A stretch of 40,756 bases of DNA from an uncultured Candidatus Saccharibacteria bacterium. Lineage in GTDB: Bacteria; Patescibacteriota; Minisyncoccia; JAHIHE01; JAGLIN01. A program made the position numbers and the translations under genes. The notes beneath the pieces were generated by a model. The model was not told the origin of the DNA, did no database searches, and saw only the letters and a program-made list of their open reading frames with translations. The stretch is from NCBI GenBank assembly GCA_964412905.1, contig CAYPQL010000002.1, positions 1 through 40,756 of the forward strand, written 5' to 3'. Below, in pieces: positions 19,079-27,551 of the stretch (the stretch's first letter is position 1; every line of letters starts with the position of its first letter).

Positions 19079-20008
19079 ATGCCTTTAAAAAAAGCGATCA
19101 TAGGAAACGAACGGATAGCTGAAATGCTGGGAAAAAGCTATAAATTAGGCAAGCTTTCTCACGCTTATTTGTTTGAAGGTCCGGATCACATCGGCAAAAA
19201 AACTTTGGCTTTGGCGTTTTGCAAATTGCTTTTACAAAATGGCTCTGCGCGGGAGTATGGAGCCAATAGCAGTGATGATAATATTAAAAAAAATCCGGAC
19301 TTGATAGTTTTGCGTCCCGATGAAGACAAAAAGCAGATCGCGATTGAGCAAATTAGAGAGTTGCAAAAAAGTTTGAGCCTTTTTCCGTATTCTTCAAAAT
19401 ATAAAATAGCGATAATTGAGCAAGCCGACAAAATGAGCAAGTCGGCCGCCAACGCGATTTTGAAGACTCTTGAGGAACCGAGCAAAACCACGATTCTGAT
19501 GCTTTTAACATCCAGTCCGAATAATTTGCTTGATACCATCAAGTCGCGCTGCCAAACTTTTAAATTTATGCCGGTAAAAAGAAAGGCGCTTGAAGAATTT
19601 CTGGAAGATAAGGCGAAGGATAAAACGGAGGCGGAAAAAATTATTGAAATTAGCGGATATAAGCCGGGAAAAATCGCGGAGCTGATAAATAATGAAAACA
19701 GGGTCATAGAGCTGTCCGACATAATAAACAAATTTTCTTCTATCGCGCGAAAAAATGATTTTGAGCGGCTTGAAGAAGCCGAGATTGTTTCCAAAAAGGA
19801 GATGGGGGAAATCATTAATTCGCTAGAGCTGTATTCTTTCTATTTCCGAAAAATTTTGCTGAAAGAATACGGCGTGGGTGAAATTAATAAAGATAAAATT
19901 TCCAAGATCAGAAACAATATAAATTTAATAAAAAACACCAAAGAAAATCTTTTGACTAAAAATGTGAACGCGAGGCTGGCTCTGGAAAATTTGTTTTTGC
20001 AGGTTTGA
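19079..20008 (+). CDS. holB: DNA polymerase III subunit delta'
   Basis: Clamp-loader AAA+ pattern: HAYLFEGPDHIGKKTLA, IIEQADKMSKSAANAILKTLEEP, SRCQ. Confidence 0.85.
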   Translation: MPLKKAIIGNERIAEMLGKSYKLGKLSHAYLFEGPDHIGKKTLALAFCKLLLQNGSAREYGANSSDDNIKKNPDLIVLRPDEDKKQIAIEQIRELQKSLSLFPYSSKYKIAIIEQADKMSKSAANAILKTLEEPSKTTILMLLTSSPNNLLDTIKSRCQTFKFMPVKRKALEEFLEDKAKDKTEAEKIIEISGYKPGKIAELINNENRVIELSDIINKFSSIARKNDFERLEEAEIVSKKEMGEIINSLELYSFYFRKILLKEYGVGEINKDKISKIRNNINLIKNTKENLLTKNVNARLALENLFLQV

Positions 20009-20040
20009 ATTAATTTAACGCTAAGAATTTCAATACACTT

Positions 20041-20089
20041 GCCGCGGAGAGGCTTAGCCTCCAAATTGGAGGCTAAGCCTCTCCGCGGC
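20041..20089. repeat. perfect 22-bp-arm palindrome with a 5-nt spacer
   Basis: GCCGCGGAGAGGCTTAGCCTCC AAATT GGAGGCTAAGCCTCTCCGCGGC. Relatively GC-rich, with no flanking T-run on either strand. Lies between holB and the lipoprotein gene. Confidence 0.9.
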
Positions 20090-20117
20090 TATGCGCAAAG
20101 CTTAATCTAAGTAAAGT

Positions 20118-21269
20118 TTGAATATGAACAAAAAAATAAATAAAATATTTCTTTTTTCGCTTGTCGCGCTTATGGCGGTTTCTTTTACCGGCTGCCTTAA
20201 TCTTTCCGGCTCGACGACGGAAGCTCCCGAGAAAAATAATAATCAGGGAGTTTTCAAGTCTGTTGACGGAGGAAAAACATGGGAGCAAAAAGTTGACATT
20301 GAAGGCGGAGGCTTGATTGACAGCGTGAAAATATTGAGTATGAAAATGGACCCGCAAAATAATAATATTTTATATTTGGGAACAACGGAGAACGGCTTGT
20401 ATAAATCTTCAAACGGTGCCGATTCGTGGGAAAAAATAACTGACGAAAATGAAATATTCAATCCAAGCGCGGCTGTCTATGATGTCGCCGTGGAAAAAGG
20501 GAATTCCAATATAATTTATATCGCCACTTTGAATAATGGGCGGGGAGAATTATTAAAAACAGAAGACGGCGGAAAAAGTTGGAAACAAATGTATATTATC
20601 TCAGAGCAAAGCAAGCCTGTTTATGCGGTTGAAATAGATCCAAAATCTCAAAATTTAATTTATATAGGAACAGCTCAAGGCGGATTTATAGGAAGCAAAA
20701 ATTGGGGAAAGGAGTGGGAAGCAATAACATGGTTTGATCCGGGAGTGGAAGTTAAAGATATTTTAATTGATTTTTGGAATACCAATGGCATAATTCTGCG
20801 ATTGAGCAGCGGCCTTGTTAAGTCAATCAATAGGGGAGGTGAATGGGAAAATATAGGAACTAAAATTACAAGTTCTGTTCCTGGAATAAAGGTAGCTGCA
20901 ATTAATTCCATTACAATGCATCCCGCTAATTCGCTCACTATTTATATAACTTATTTAAATTTAGCGCTAATTACAAAAGACGGAGGAAATAAATGGGAAA
21001 AATTAAACACCATAACCCCTTCAAAGACAATTACCGGCACCATTCCTCAAGTTAAGCAAATGGGGATGATAAGAGATATTATCTATTATGGAGCAGGAAA
21101 TGTTTTATATAAAAGCGAAAATGCCGGCGCCACATGGACGATGTATAACATTCCAATCGTTGGAGATGCTCGCTATACAATAAGCGATTACACAAACTCA
21201 GATGTGATTTATGTCGGATCGTTTTATGATCCTCCGCCGAAGAAAAAGAAGGGGTTGCTCGGGTTCTAA
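20118..21269 (+). CDS. BNR/Asp-box repeat lipoprotein (beta-propeller)
   Basis: Signal peptide with a lipobox (LMAVSFTGC). At least 7 Asp-box-like repeats: SVDGGKTW, SSNGADSW, TEDGGKSW, SKNWGKEW, SINRGGEW, TKDGGNKW, SENAGATW. Confidence 0.85.
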   Translation: MNMNKKINKIFLFSLVALMAVSFTGCLNLSGSTTEAPEKNNNQGVFKSVDGGKTWEQKVDIEGGGLIDSVKILSMKMDPQNNNILYLGTTENGLYKSSNGADSWEKITDENEIFNPSAAVYDVAVEKGNSNIIYIATLNNGRGELLKTEDGGKSWKQMYIISEQSKPVYAVEIDPKSQNLIYIGTAQGGFIGSKNWGKEWEAITWFDPGVEVKDILIDFWNTNGIILRLSSGLVKSINRGGEWENIGTKITSSVPGIKVAAINSITMHPANSLTIYITYLNLALITKDGGNKWEKLNTITPSKTITGTIPQVKQMGMIRDIIYYGAGNVLYKSENAGATWTMYNIPIVGDARYTISDYTNSDVIYVGSFYDPPPKKKKGLLGF

Positions 21270-21351
21270 TAGCATACACAAATCAAGCTAATGTTACGCT
21301 AAATTTAACGAAATATTAAAGTTAATGTTAATTCACTAAACAAAAAATCTT

Positions 21352-21906
21352 ATGGAGAATATAAAAACAATTTTAAAAGAAAGCCTTGAAAAAAACAGAG
21401 GGCATTTCAAAAGCGAGATAGGAGCATTTAGCGTAGGGAGGGCGACTCCTTTTTTGGTGGAGGATATTATGATAGATTATTATGGAACTCCGACTCCGCT
21501 TAAGCAGATTGCGTCAATAAGCATTCCTGACGCCAGAAATATCCTTATCAAGCCTTGGGAGAAAAACCAACTTAAAGAAATTGAAAAGGCGATTAACTTA
21601 GCTCAGCTCGGATTTAATCCTGTGAATGACGGCATAACTGTCAGAATCACAGTTCCCCAGCCGACTGAAGAAAGAAGAAAAGACTTGGTAAAAAAGCTTC
21701 ATGAAATTTTAGAGGATGCAAAAATTTCTGTTCGTAATGCCAGGGAAGACGCGATGAAGGAAGTTAAAAAAAAGGAAAAGGACGGCGAGATCAGTGAGGA
21801 CGAAAGATTTCGAGTTCAGGAGGAAATCCAAAAAATTGTGAACGAGGAAAATAAAAAGCTGGAAGAAGAATCGGACAAGAAGGAGAAAGAGATTATGACG
21901 ATTTAA
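21352..21906 (+). CDS. frr: ribosome recycling factor
   Basis: Length and pattern are typical of RRF (VDYYGTPTPLKQIASIS, NPVNDG..IRI.VP.PTEERRKDLVK). Confidence 0.92.
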   Translation: MENIKTILKESLEKNRGHFKSEIGAFSVGRATPFLVEDIMIDYYGTPTPLKQIASISIPDARNILIKPWEKNQLKEIEKAINLAQLGFNPVNDGITVRITVPQPTEERRKDLVKKLHEILEDAKISVRNAREDAMKEVKKKEKDGEISEDERFRVQEEIQKIVNEENKKLEEESDKKEKEIMTI

Positions 21907-22040
21907 ATAGTATAAAGTATCCAGTATTAAGTATCAAGCAAACTTAATACAGGAGCTTAATGCTAATTATATTGAGCATTGGACCAACTTGATATACGGC
22001 ATTTGATGTTTATTTTGGTAAAAAATTTATGAAATACGAG

Positions 22041-22070
22041 CTTAATACTTAATACTAACTACTTAATACT
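22041..22070. repeat. 7-8-mer array (CTTAATA-type) abutting the rseP start
   Basis: Direct read. A complementary-orientation array (GTATTAAG-type) lies at 21908-21939, just after the frr stop. Confidence 0.8.
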
Positions 22071-22073
22071 ATT

Positions 22074-23183
22074 ATGATAATAACTACAATAATTTTATTT
22101 TTGTTGATACTTGGGCTTATAGTGTTTTTTCACGAACTGGGGCATTTTTTTATGGCTAAGCTTTATGGCGTGAAGGTGGATGAGTTTGGAATCGGATTTC
22201 CTCCTAAAATTTTTGGATTTAAAAAAGGGGAAACCGAATATACATTAAACTGGATTCCTTTGGGCGGGTTTGTAAAAATTGTGGGCGAGGACGGGGGCGA
22301 CAAAGACGATCCGAGAAGTTTTTCTTCCAAAAGCATAAGCAAAAGGTTTCAGATAATCTCCGCCGGCGTTTTGATGAATTTTTTTATAGCTTTTGTGATT
22401 TTCAGCTTTATTTTCGCGATTGGCGCTCAAATGAATATTGCGGGAGAAGATTTGTCAAAAGCGAAAAGCGTTGAAAATCAAGAAGTTGTGATCTCAGAAG
22501 TTTTAGAAGAAACTCCTGCAAAAGATGTCGGACTTCAGATAGGAGATGCCATCTTAAAAGCTGATGAAAAAGAAATTAAGAGCATAGAAGATTTGCAAAA
22601 TTATACAAAAGAAAATCTTGGCGAAACTTTAGCTTTAACTATTTCCAGAAATGGCGATGTAAGTGTCAAGGAAATTATTCCCAGAAAAGAATATCCCGAA
22701 AACGAAGGGGCTATGGGAGTTTCTTTGGTGAATACTGCCGAAGTTTCGTTTTCTATTCCAGAAGCTATCAGAAGAGGCTTTGAATGGACCGTGTATTTGA
22801 CAATGTTTATTATTTCCGCTTTCGCGGGAATTCTTTGGAATCTTTTCGCGACCGGAAAAATGGTCGCCGAAGTTTCCGGGCCGGTTGGAATTGCCGCTAT
22901 GACCGGTCAGGCGGCGTCGCTCGGGTTTATCGCGGTTCTGAATTTTATCGCTCTAATCAGCGTAAATCTTGCCATCATTAACGCGCTTCCATTTCCGGCT
23001 CTTGACGGCGGGAGATTATTATTTTTGATTGTTGAAAAAATAAAAGGTTCGCCGCTGAATCAAGCATGGGAAGCAAAAGCGAATAATTTCGGCTTTATGC
23101 TCTTGATGGGCTTGATGATAATCGTAACATTCAAAGATGTTTTGAAGTTTGATGTTTGGGGGAAAGTTATGGGGTTGTTTTAA
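22074..23183 (+). CDS. rseP: RIP (site-2) zinc metalloprotease RseP, M50 family
   Basis: HELGHFFMAK (HExxH), a central PDZ-like segment, and C-terminal NALPFPALDGG. Confidence 0.92.
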   Translation: MIITTIILFLLILGLIVFFHELGHFFMAKLYGVKVDEFGIGFPPKIFGFKKGETEYTLNWIPLGGFVKIVGEDGGDKDDPRSFSSKSISKRFQIISAGVLMNFFIAFVIFSFIFAIGAQMNIAGEDLSKAKSVENQEVVISEVLEETPAKDVGLQIGDAILKADEKEIKSIEDLQNYTKENLGETLALTISRNGDVSVKEIIPRKEYPENEGAMGVSLVNTAEVSFSIPEAIRRGFEWTVYLTMFIISAFAGILWNLFATGKMVAEVSGPVGIAAMTGQAASLGFIAVLNFIALISVNLAIINALPFPALDGGRLLFLIVEKIKGSPLNQAWEAKANNFGFMLLMGLMIIVTFKDVLKFDVWGKVMGLF

Positions 23184-23204
23184 CCTATTAATTTTATTTA
23201 TAGC

Positions 23205-23244
23205 TAGTATAATTTTTCTGACGACCGTCAGAAAAATTATACTA
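23205..23244. repeat. perfect 19-bp-arm palindrome with a 2-nt spacer
   Basis: TAGTATAATTTTTCTGACG AC CGTCAGAAAAATTATACTA. Each arm contains TATAAT. Lies between rseP and the next gene. Confidence 0.9.
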
Positions 23245-23274
23245 TTGGGTTGGAATAAGTATTTAAACAAAAAA

Positions 23275-23640
23275 ATGAAAAAGAAAAGCATCAAAAAGAA
23301 AAAAGAAAAAATGACCATAGATAAATTGGCTGAATTGACACAGAGAGGATTTGAGGCGTTGGGAGGCGAAATGAAAAGTGAAATTAACGGTCTAAGGGGC
23401 GAAATGAAAAGTGAAATCAGCGATTTAAGGGGCGAGACAAAAAGTGAAATCAGCGATTTAAGAGGCGAGATGAAAGAGAAGTTTTATGCAGTTTTAAATA
23501 ATCAAGATCAGATTTTGAAAAGATTGGAGGATTTAGAAACTGATAATACAATGGATGTGTCTGCTCATCGCAGACACGAAGACAAGCTGGAAAGTCATGA
23601 AATAAGGATTGTTGCCGTGGAGAATAAAGTTTTAGCTTGA
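23275..23640 (+). CDS. coiled-coil hypothetical protein with 11-aa tandem repeats
   Basis: The start is moved to ATG 23275 (23311 is also possible) because the tracked 23149 start overlaps rseP and reads through the palindrome. A 33-bp unit occurs 3.3 times (23368-23478) and encodes (L)RGEMKSEIxx. Confidence 0.65.
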   Translation: MKKKSIKKKKEKMTIDKLAELTQRGFEALGGEMKSEINGLRGEMKSEISDLRGETKSEISDLRGEMKEKFYAVLNNQDQILKRLEDLETDNTMDVSAHRRHEDKLESHEIRIVAVENKVLA

Positions 23641-23672
23641 GAAAAATATTTCCGCGGAAATTATGAAACAAA

Positions 23673-23697
23673 AAGAACGAGTTATTAGCTCGTTCTT
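23673..23697. terminator. hairpin between convergent genes (bidirectional terminator candidate)
   Basis: Stem AAGAACGAG / CTCGTTCTT with a 7-nt loop, nested within an outer ATTTCCGC/GCGGAAAT pairing. Confidence 0.55.
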
Positions 23698-23719
23698 GCG
23701 GAAATAAATAAAAAATATA

Positions 23720-24055
23720 TTAATATCCATTTTTAGATAATTCTTTTGGCATTTCTATTTTAAATTCTTTTGTTTCTTTATTTACTTTTATTATATAATT
23801 TTTTTCTTCTAAAAATTTAATTATTGCTTTAATTTTTTCTTCAGTTAGATTTTCTCCTTTTGCATCAATATTTTCTACTTCTTCAAATGGTAATGTTATT
23901 TCAGACAATGTTTTATTTTCACTAAATTCTTGCATCACAGCTCCTTCAACAGCTTGGGTAAAATCTATTATATCACTTTCTTTTAAATTTTCAGGACTCG
24001 CAATATAAATTTCATTCATAATTTTTATATGATTATTAATTAAAACTATAAACAT
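23720..24055 (-). CDS. hypothetical acidic protein (111 aa; alternative start at 24019)
   Basis: ORF only. No motif and no SD recognised. Confidence 0.5.
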   Translation of the reverse strand: MFIVLINNHIKIMNEIYIASPENLKESDIIDFTQAVEGAVMQEFSENKTLSEITLPFEEVENIDAKGENLTEEKIKAIIKFLEEKNYIIKVNKETKEFKIEMPKELSKNGY

Positions 24056-24092
24056 TATATCACACTAAATTAAACAAATCAATACCAAATTT

Positions 24093-24290
24093 ATGCGGCA
24101 ATCAAAACTTTTCGGGAAAACAATTAAAGAGGTTCCGAGGGACGAGGAGATCGTGAACGCGCGGCTTTTGATAAGGGGCGGGTTTGTGGATAAATTGATG
24201 GCGGGAGTTTATACATATCTTCCGCCGGGAAAAAGAGTCTTGGCTAAAATAGAAAACATAATCCGCGAGGAAATGGACGCGATCGGCGGG
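24093..24290 (+). pseudogene. proline--tRNA ligase 5' fragment (66 codons)
   Basis: MRQSKLFGKTIKEVPRDEEIVNARLLIRGGFVDKLMAGVYTYLPPGKRVLAKIENIIREEMDAIGG matches the ProRS N-terminus. Similarity ends at 24290, and the frame then reads unrelated sequence to the stop at 24344. Confidence 0.8.
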
Positions 24291-24292
24291 CC

Positions 24293-24570
24293 GTCAAAGC
24301 GGATCTGGCCGCGATTGTTTCTATCGCGTTGCCGGAGGGCGTGAAAGGGTTTGTGTTTCGCGACGGCGTTTTTATCTGCGATATAAAATTTTCAGTCAAT
24401 CTGGCATCTTTATTAAGGTATGATTTAATAAAGGTAGCCGAAGCCAATATGGCCTTAGTGGGAAAAGACGAAAAGTTGGAATTTACGGCGACTTGAAAGG
24501 CTTGACCGGAGGCACGATACAGGAAATAAAAATGCTGGAGCTGGGGAGCGGGGAGGAAAGTGAAAAGTAA
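24293..24570 (+). pseudogene. decayed C-terminal remnant of a DUF2130-family gene
   Basis: Frame A (24293-24496) reads KADLAAIVSIALPEGVKGFVFRDGVFICD...LIKVAEANMALVGKDEKLE. Frame B (24481-24570) reads IYGDLKGLTGGTIQEIKMLELGS. Both resemble, from memory, the two ends of the DUF2130 C-terminal region, joined by a deletion plus a frameshift. No N-terminal part is present. Confidence 0.55.
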
Positions 24571-24586
24571 TTTGTTTAAATAACAC

Positions 24587-25948
24587 ATGAAATCACCAAT
24601 TTTAAATTCACCATATTTTGAACCGGGTCGTCATTTTAAAGCTGACGAACGCGGCCTAACCGAAGATATCGTTGAAAGCCGCCGGCCAAGCAGTTTTTAT
24701 ATTCCTGTTTCTCGCGCTAAGACGAAACAAAAAAAGATGGAGTTTAACACTGCTGAAGGCGCTTTTGGCAGTGAATTACAAAAAGAAAATGAATTTATCA
24801 ATAAACTTCGCGCGAAAATAAAAAATTGGCGCGCAAACGGATACGCCGGAATTACAAAAACATCTCGCGATTTGCTTTCTTATTGGCAAGATGACACAAG
24901 GGAAAACAAACTTTTCTTTTGCCAAATTGAAGCGCTTGAAACTCTTATTTATATAAATGAAGTTGCTGAAAAAGCCGGCGAAAGCTGGATTATTAGCGAG
25001 CTAAAAAAAGCATCTGCGGAAGCGAATCCGGGTCTTTATCGTTTAGCTTTTAAAATGGCAACCGGATCAGGGAAGACAGTTGTGATGGCAATGATTATCG
25101 CTTATAACACGCTGAACAAAATTCGCTATCCACAAGACACTCGATTTACCGATACTTTTGCTATTATTACCCCCGGCATTACCATTCGCGATAGATTAAA
25201 TGTTCTTTTGCCGAATGATTCAAAAAATTATTATAAAGAGCGTGCGGTTGTTTCGCCGCAGGATCTTGATTTATTGCAACAGGCAAATATTTTTATAACA
25301 AATTTTCATCAATTAGAACAAAGACAAAATTCGCGATTCCAAGTTGGCGGAGTTATGAAAGCGGCCGGACTTTTAAAAAATGAAGCGATGAAAGAAAGCC
25401 CGGGCGCTATGGTCAATCGCGCGTTTAAAAGTATTTTGAATAAATCGCGCGTCTTAGTAATCAATGACGAAGCCCATCATTGTTATCGAGAAAAGCCGAC
25501 GGAAGAAAAACTTGCTGGTGAAGACAGGAAAGAAGCGGACGAAAATAACAAAGCCGCTCGCGTGTGGCTGAGCGGATTGGAAGCGCTATCTAAAAAAATG
25601 TCGGTCAATGCGGTAATTGACTTATCTGCCACGCCTTATTTTCTTAGGGGTTCGGGATATCAGGAAGGCACAATGTTTCCCTGGACTATTTATGATTTTT
25701 CATTATTAGACGCTTTGGAATGCGGGGTAGTAAAAATTCCGCGTTTACCTGTCGAATCAGATACGGTTGGCAATGATGATATTCCGGAATTTCGCAATCT
25801 TTGGCTTCATGTTTCCGACGCGTTGCCTAAAAAAGGAATGAAAACCGGCGGTAAAGATTATTTATCTTCCAATGTGTTGCCTAAAACTCTTCAAGAAGCG
25901 CTGATGTCACTGTATGGCAATTACGAAGAAAAATACTATCGGCGTTAG
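24587..25948 (+). CDS. res: Type III-like restriction enzyme Res subunit, N-terminal part (helicase lobe 1; ends at an in-frame TAG)
   Basis: Motif I (MATGSGKTVVM), motif II (VINDEAHHC) and motif III (DLSATP). N-terminal ILNSPYFEPGRHF is typical of this Res family. Confidence 0.85.
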   Translation: MKSPILNSPYFEPGRHFKADERGLTEDIVESRRPSSFYIPVSRAKTKQKKMEFNTAEGAFGSELQKENEFINKLRAKIKNWRANGYAGITKTSRDLLSYWQDDTRENKLFFCQIEALETLIYINEVAEKAGESWIISELKKASAEANPGLYRLAFKMATGSGKTVVMAMIIAYNTLNKIRYPQDTRFTDTFAIITPGITIRDRLNVLLPNDSKNYYKERAVVSPQDLDLLQQANIFITNFHQLEQRQNSRFQVGGVMKAAGLLKNEAMKESPGAMVNRAFKSILNKSRVLVINDEAHHCYREKPTEEKLAGEDRKEADENNKAARVWLSGLEALSKKMSVNAVIDLSATPYFLRGSGYQEGTMFPWTIYDFSLLDALECGVVKIPRLPVESDTVGNDDIPEFRNLWLHVSDALPKKGMKTGGKDYLSSNVLPKTLQEALMSLYGNYEEKYYRR

Positions 25949-25978
25949 GAGGAAGAAAAAAATAAAAATCAAACCGTA

Positions 25979-27544
25979 ATGCCGCCGGTAATGATTATTG
26001 TGTGTAATAATACGGCGGTTTCTGAATTGGTTTATCGTTGGATCGCTGGATTTGAACGCGAGACTCCAAGCGGAAAGATAAAAATTGAAGAAGGTAATTT
26101 GAAAATTTTTAGAAATGAAGACGGCACGCGTTTTTTTGACAAGCCCAATACTCTCATAATCGATAGCCACCAATTGGAAAGCGGCGAAAAAATTGATGAT
26201 AATTTTAAAAAAATATTTGCGGCTGAAATTAAAGATTTTCACAAAGAATATAAAAAGCGTTTTCCCGGCCGCGAAGAGCCGACTGACGAGGAGTTGCTCC
26301 GCGAGGTCATGAATACTGTCGGCAAGCCCGGCAAACTGGGAGAAAATATCAAATGCGTGGTTTCAGTTTCAATGCTCACGGAGGGATGGGATGTAAACAC
26401 CGTCACACATATTCTTGGCATTCGCGCTTTTTCCACTCAATTACTTTGCGAGCAGGTTGTCGGTCGCGCGTTGCGCCGGGTTGATTATAGTGTTGATGAA
26501 TCTACGGGATTTTTATCCGAAGAATACGCCGAGGTTTATGGCGTGCCTTTTAGTTTTTTGAAAGTAGGCGGCGAGACGGCGCCAAAACCGCCAAAAGTTA
26601 TTCATCGCGTTCATGCGCTGCCGGATCGCGAACAATATGAAATCACATATCCGCGCGTAGAGGGTTATCGTTATGAATTAAATGAAACTAAACTGGCCGC
26701 AAAATTCAGCGAGGAATCAAAAACAATTATTGAAAACGAGCCGACGGAAGTTACTCTTGGCGGAGTAATTGGCGAGGAGACCTTGGAAACACTGGAAAAA
26801 ATAAAAGAACGACGCGAAGGCGAGGTAATTATCCGTTTATCAAAGGCTCTTCTTAAACGCTATTATACTGATGCCGAAGGTGCAGAAAAATATTGGCTTT
26901 TTCCGCAATTGCAAAAAATTACCGAAGAATATGTCAAAAAATATGTTGTGCTAAAAGACAGAATGGTTATCGGTTATCTTACTATGGGAGAATATTTTTC
27001 CGGCGCGCTTACCAAGATTCAGCAAGCGATTATTTTTGAAAATTTGGAATATCAAAAAGATAAACAGCTTTTGCCGATTCTTGCGCCTTATGACACGATC
27101 GGTTCAACTCGTTACATCGATTTTTTAACGACGAAAGAAGTCGGAGAAACGACAAAAAGCCATATCAATTATGTCGTGGCGGATACTGAAGAATGGGAGC
27201 AAGGCGTTGCCAAAAAACTGGAACAAATGTCTGAAGTTTTAGCGTATGTTAAAAATCAAAATATGGGTTTTTCTATTCCTTACGAGCATCAAGGCGTAGC
27301 CCATCAATATTTGCCGGATTTTATCGCGATTTTGGAAATGCCGGATAAAAGTAAGCTTAACTTGTTAATTGAAGTAACCGGCAAAAAAGAAGATAAGAAA
27401 AAAATGAAAATCAAGACCACTCGCGATCTTTGGGTGCCGGCAATCAATAATTTCGGCAAATATGGCAAGTGGGCGATTTTGGAAGTTCAAGATATTCATG
27501 AAACGCAAAATTTGATACACTCTTTAATAAATTTACAAGAATAA
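25979..27544 (+). CDS. res: Type III-like restriction enzyme Res subunit, C-terminal part (helicase lobe 2 plus PD-(D/E)xK nuclease)
   Basis: Same frame as 24587-25948, with only TAG 25946-25948 intervening. PPVMIIVCNNT, motif V (MLTEGWDVNTV), motif VI (QVVGRALRR), and a C-terminal nuclease-like YLPDF...LLIEVTGKK. Confidence 0.85.
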   Translation: MPPVMIIVCNNTAVSELVYRWIAGFERETPSGKIKIEEGNLKIFRNEDGTRFFDKPNTLIIDSHQLESGEKIDDNFKKIFAAEIKDFHKEYKKRFPGREEPTDEELLREVMNTVGKPGKLGENIKCVVSVSMLTEGWDVNTVTHILGIRAFSTQLLCEQVVGRALRRVDYSVDESTGFLSEEYAEVYGVPFSFLKVGGETAPKPPKVIHRVHALPDREQYEITYPRVEGYRYELNETKLAAKFSEESKTIIENEPTEVTLGGVIGEETLETLEKIKERREGEVIIRLSKALLKRYYTDAEGAEKYWLFPQLQKITEEYVKKYVVLKDRMVIGYLTMGEYFSGALTKIQQAIIFENLEYQKDKQLLPILAPYDTIGSTRYIDFLTTKEVGETTKSHINYVVADTEEWEQGVAKKLEQMSEVLAYVKNQNMGFSIPYEHQGVAHQYLPDFIAILEMPDKSKLNLLIEVTGKKEDKKKMKIKTTRDLWVPAINNFGKYGKWAILEVQDIHETQNLIHSLINLQE

Positions 27545-27551
27545 GTTTTAT

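Noticed and set aside
23149-23274. Tracked start at 23149 for the coiled-coil repeat protein
   Set aside because: It would overlap rseP by 35 nt and translate the perfect palindrome at 23205-23244. Internal ATGs at 23275 and 23311 are more plausible.
24244-24588. 114-codon minus-strand ORF across the proS-fragment/DUF2130-remnant junction
   Set aside because: No recognisable features. The plus strand carries identifiable gene remnants that explain the sequence.
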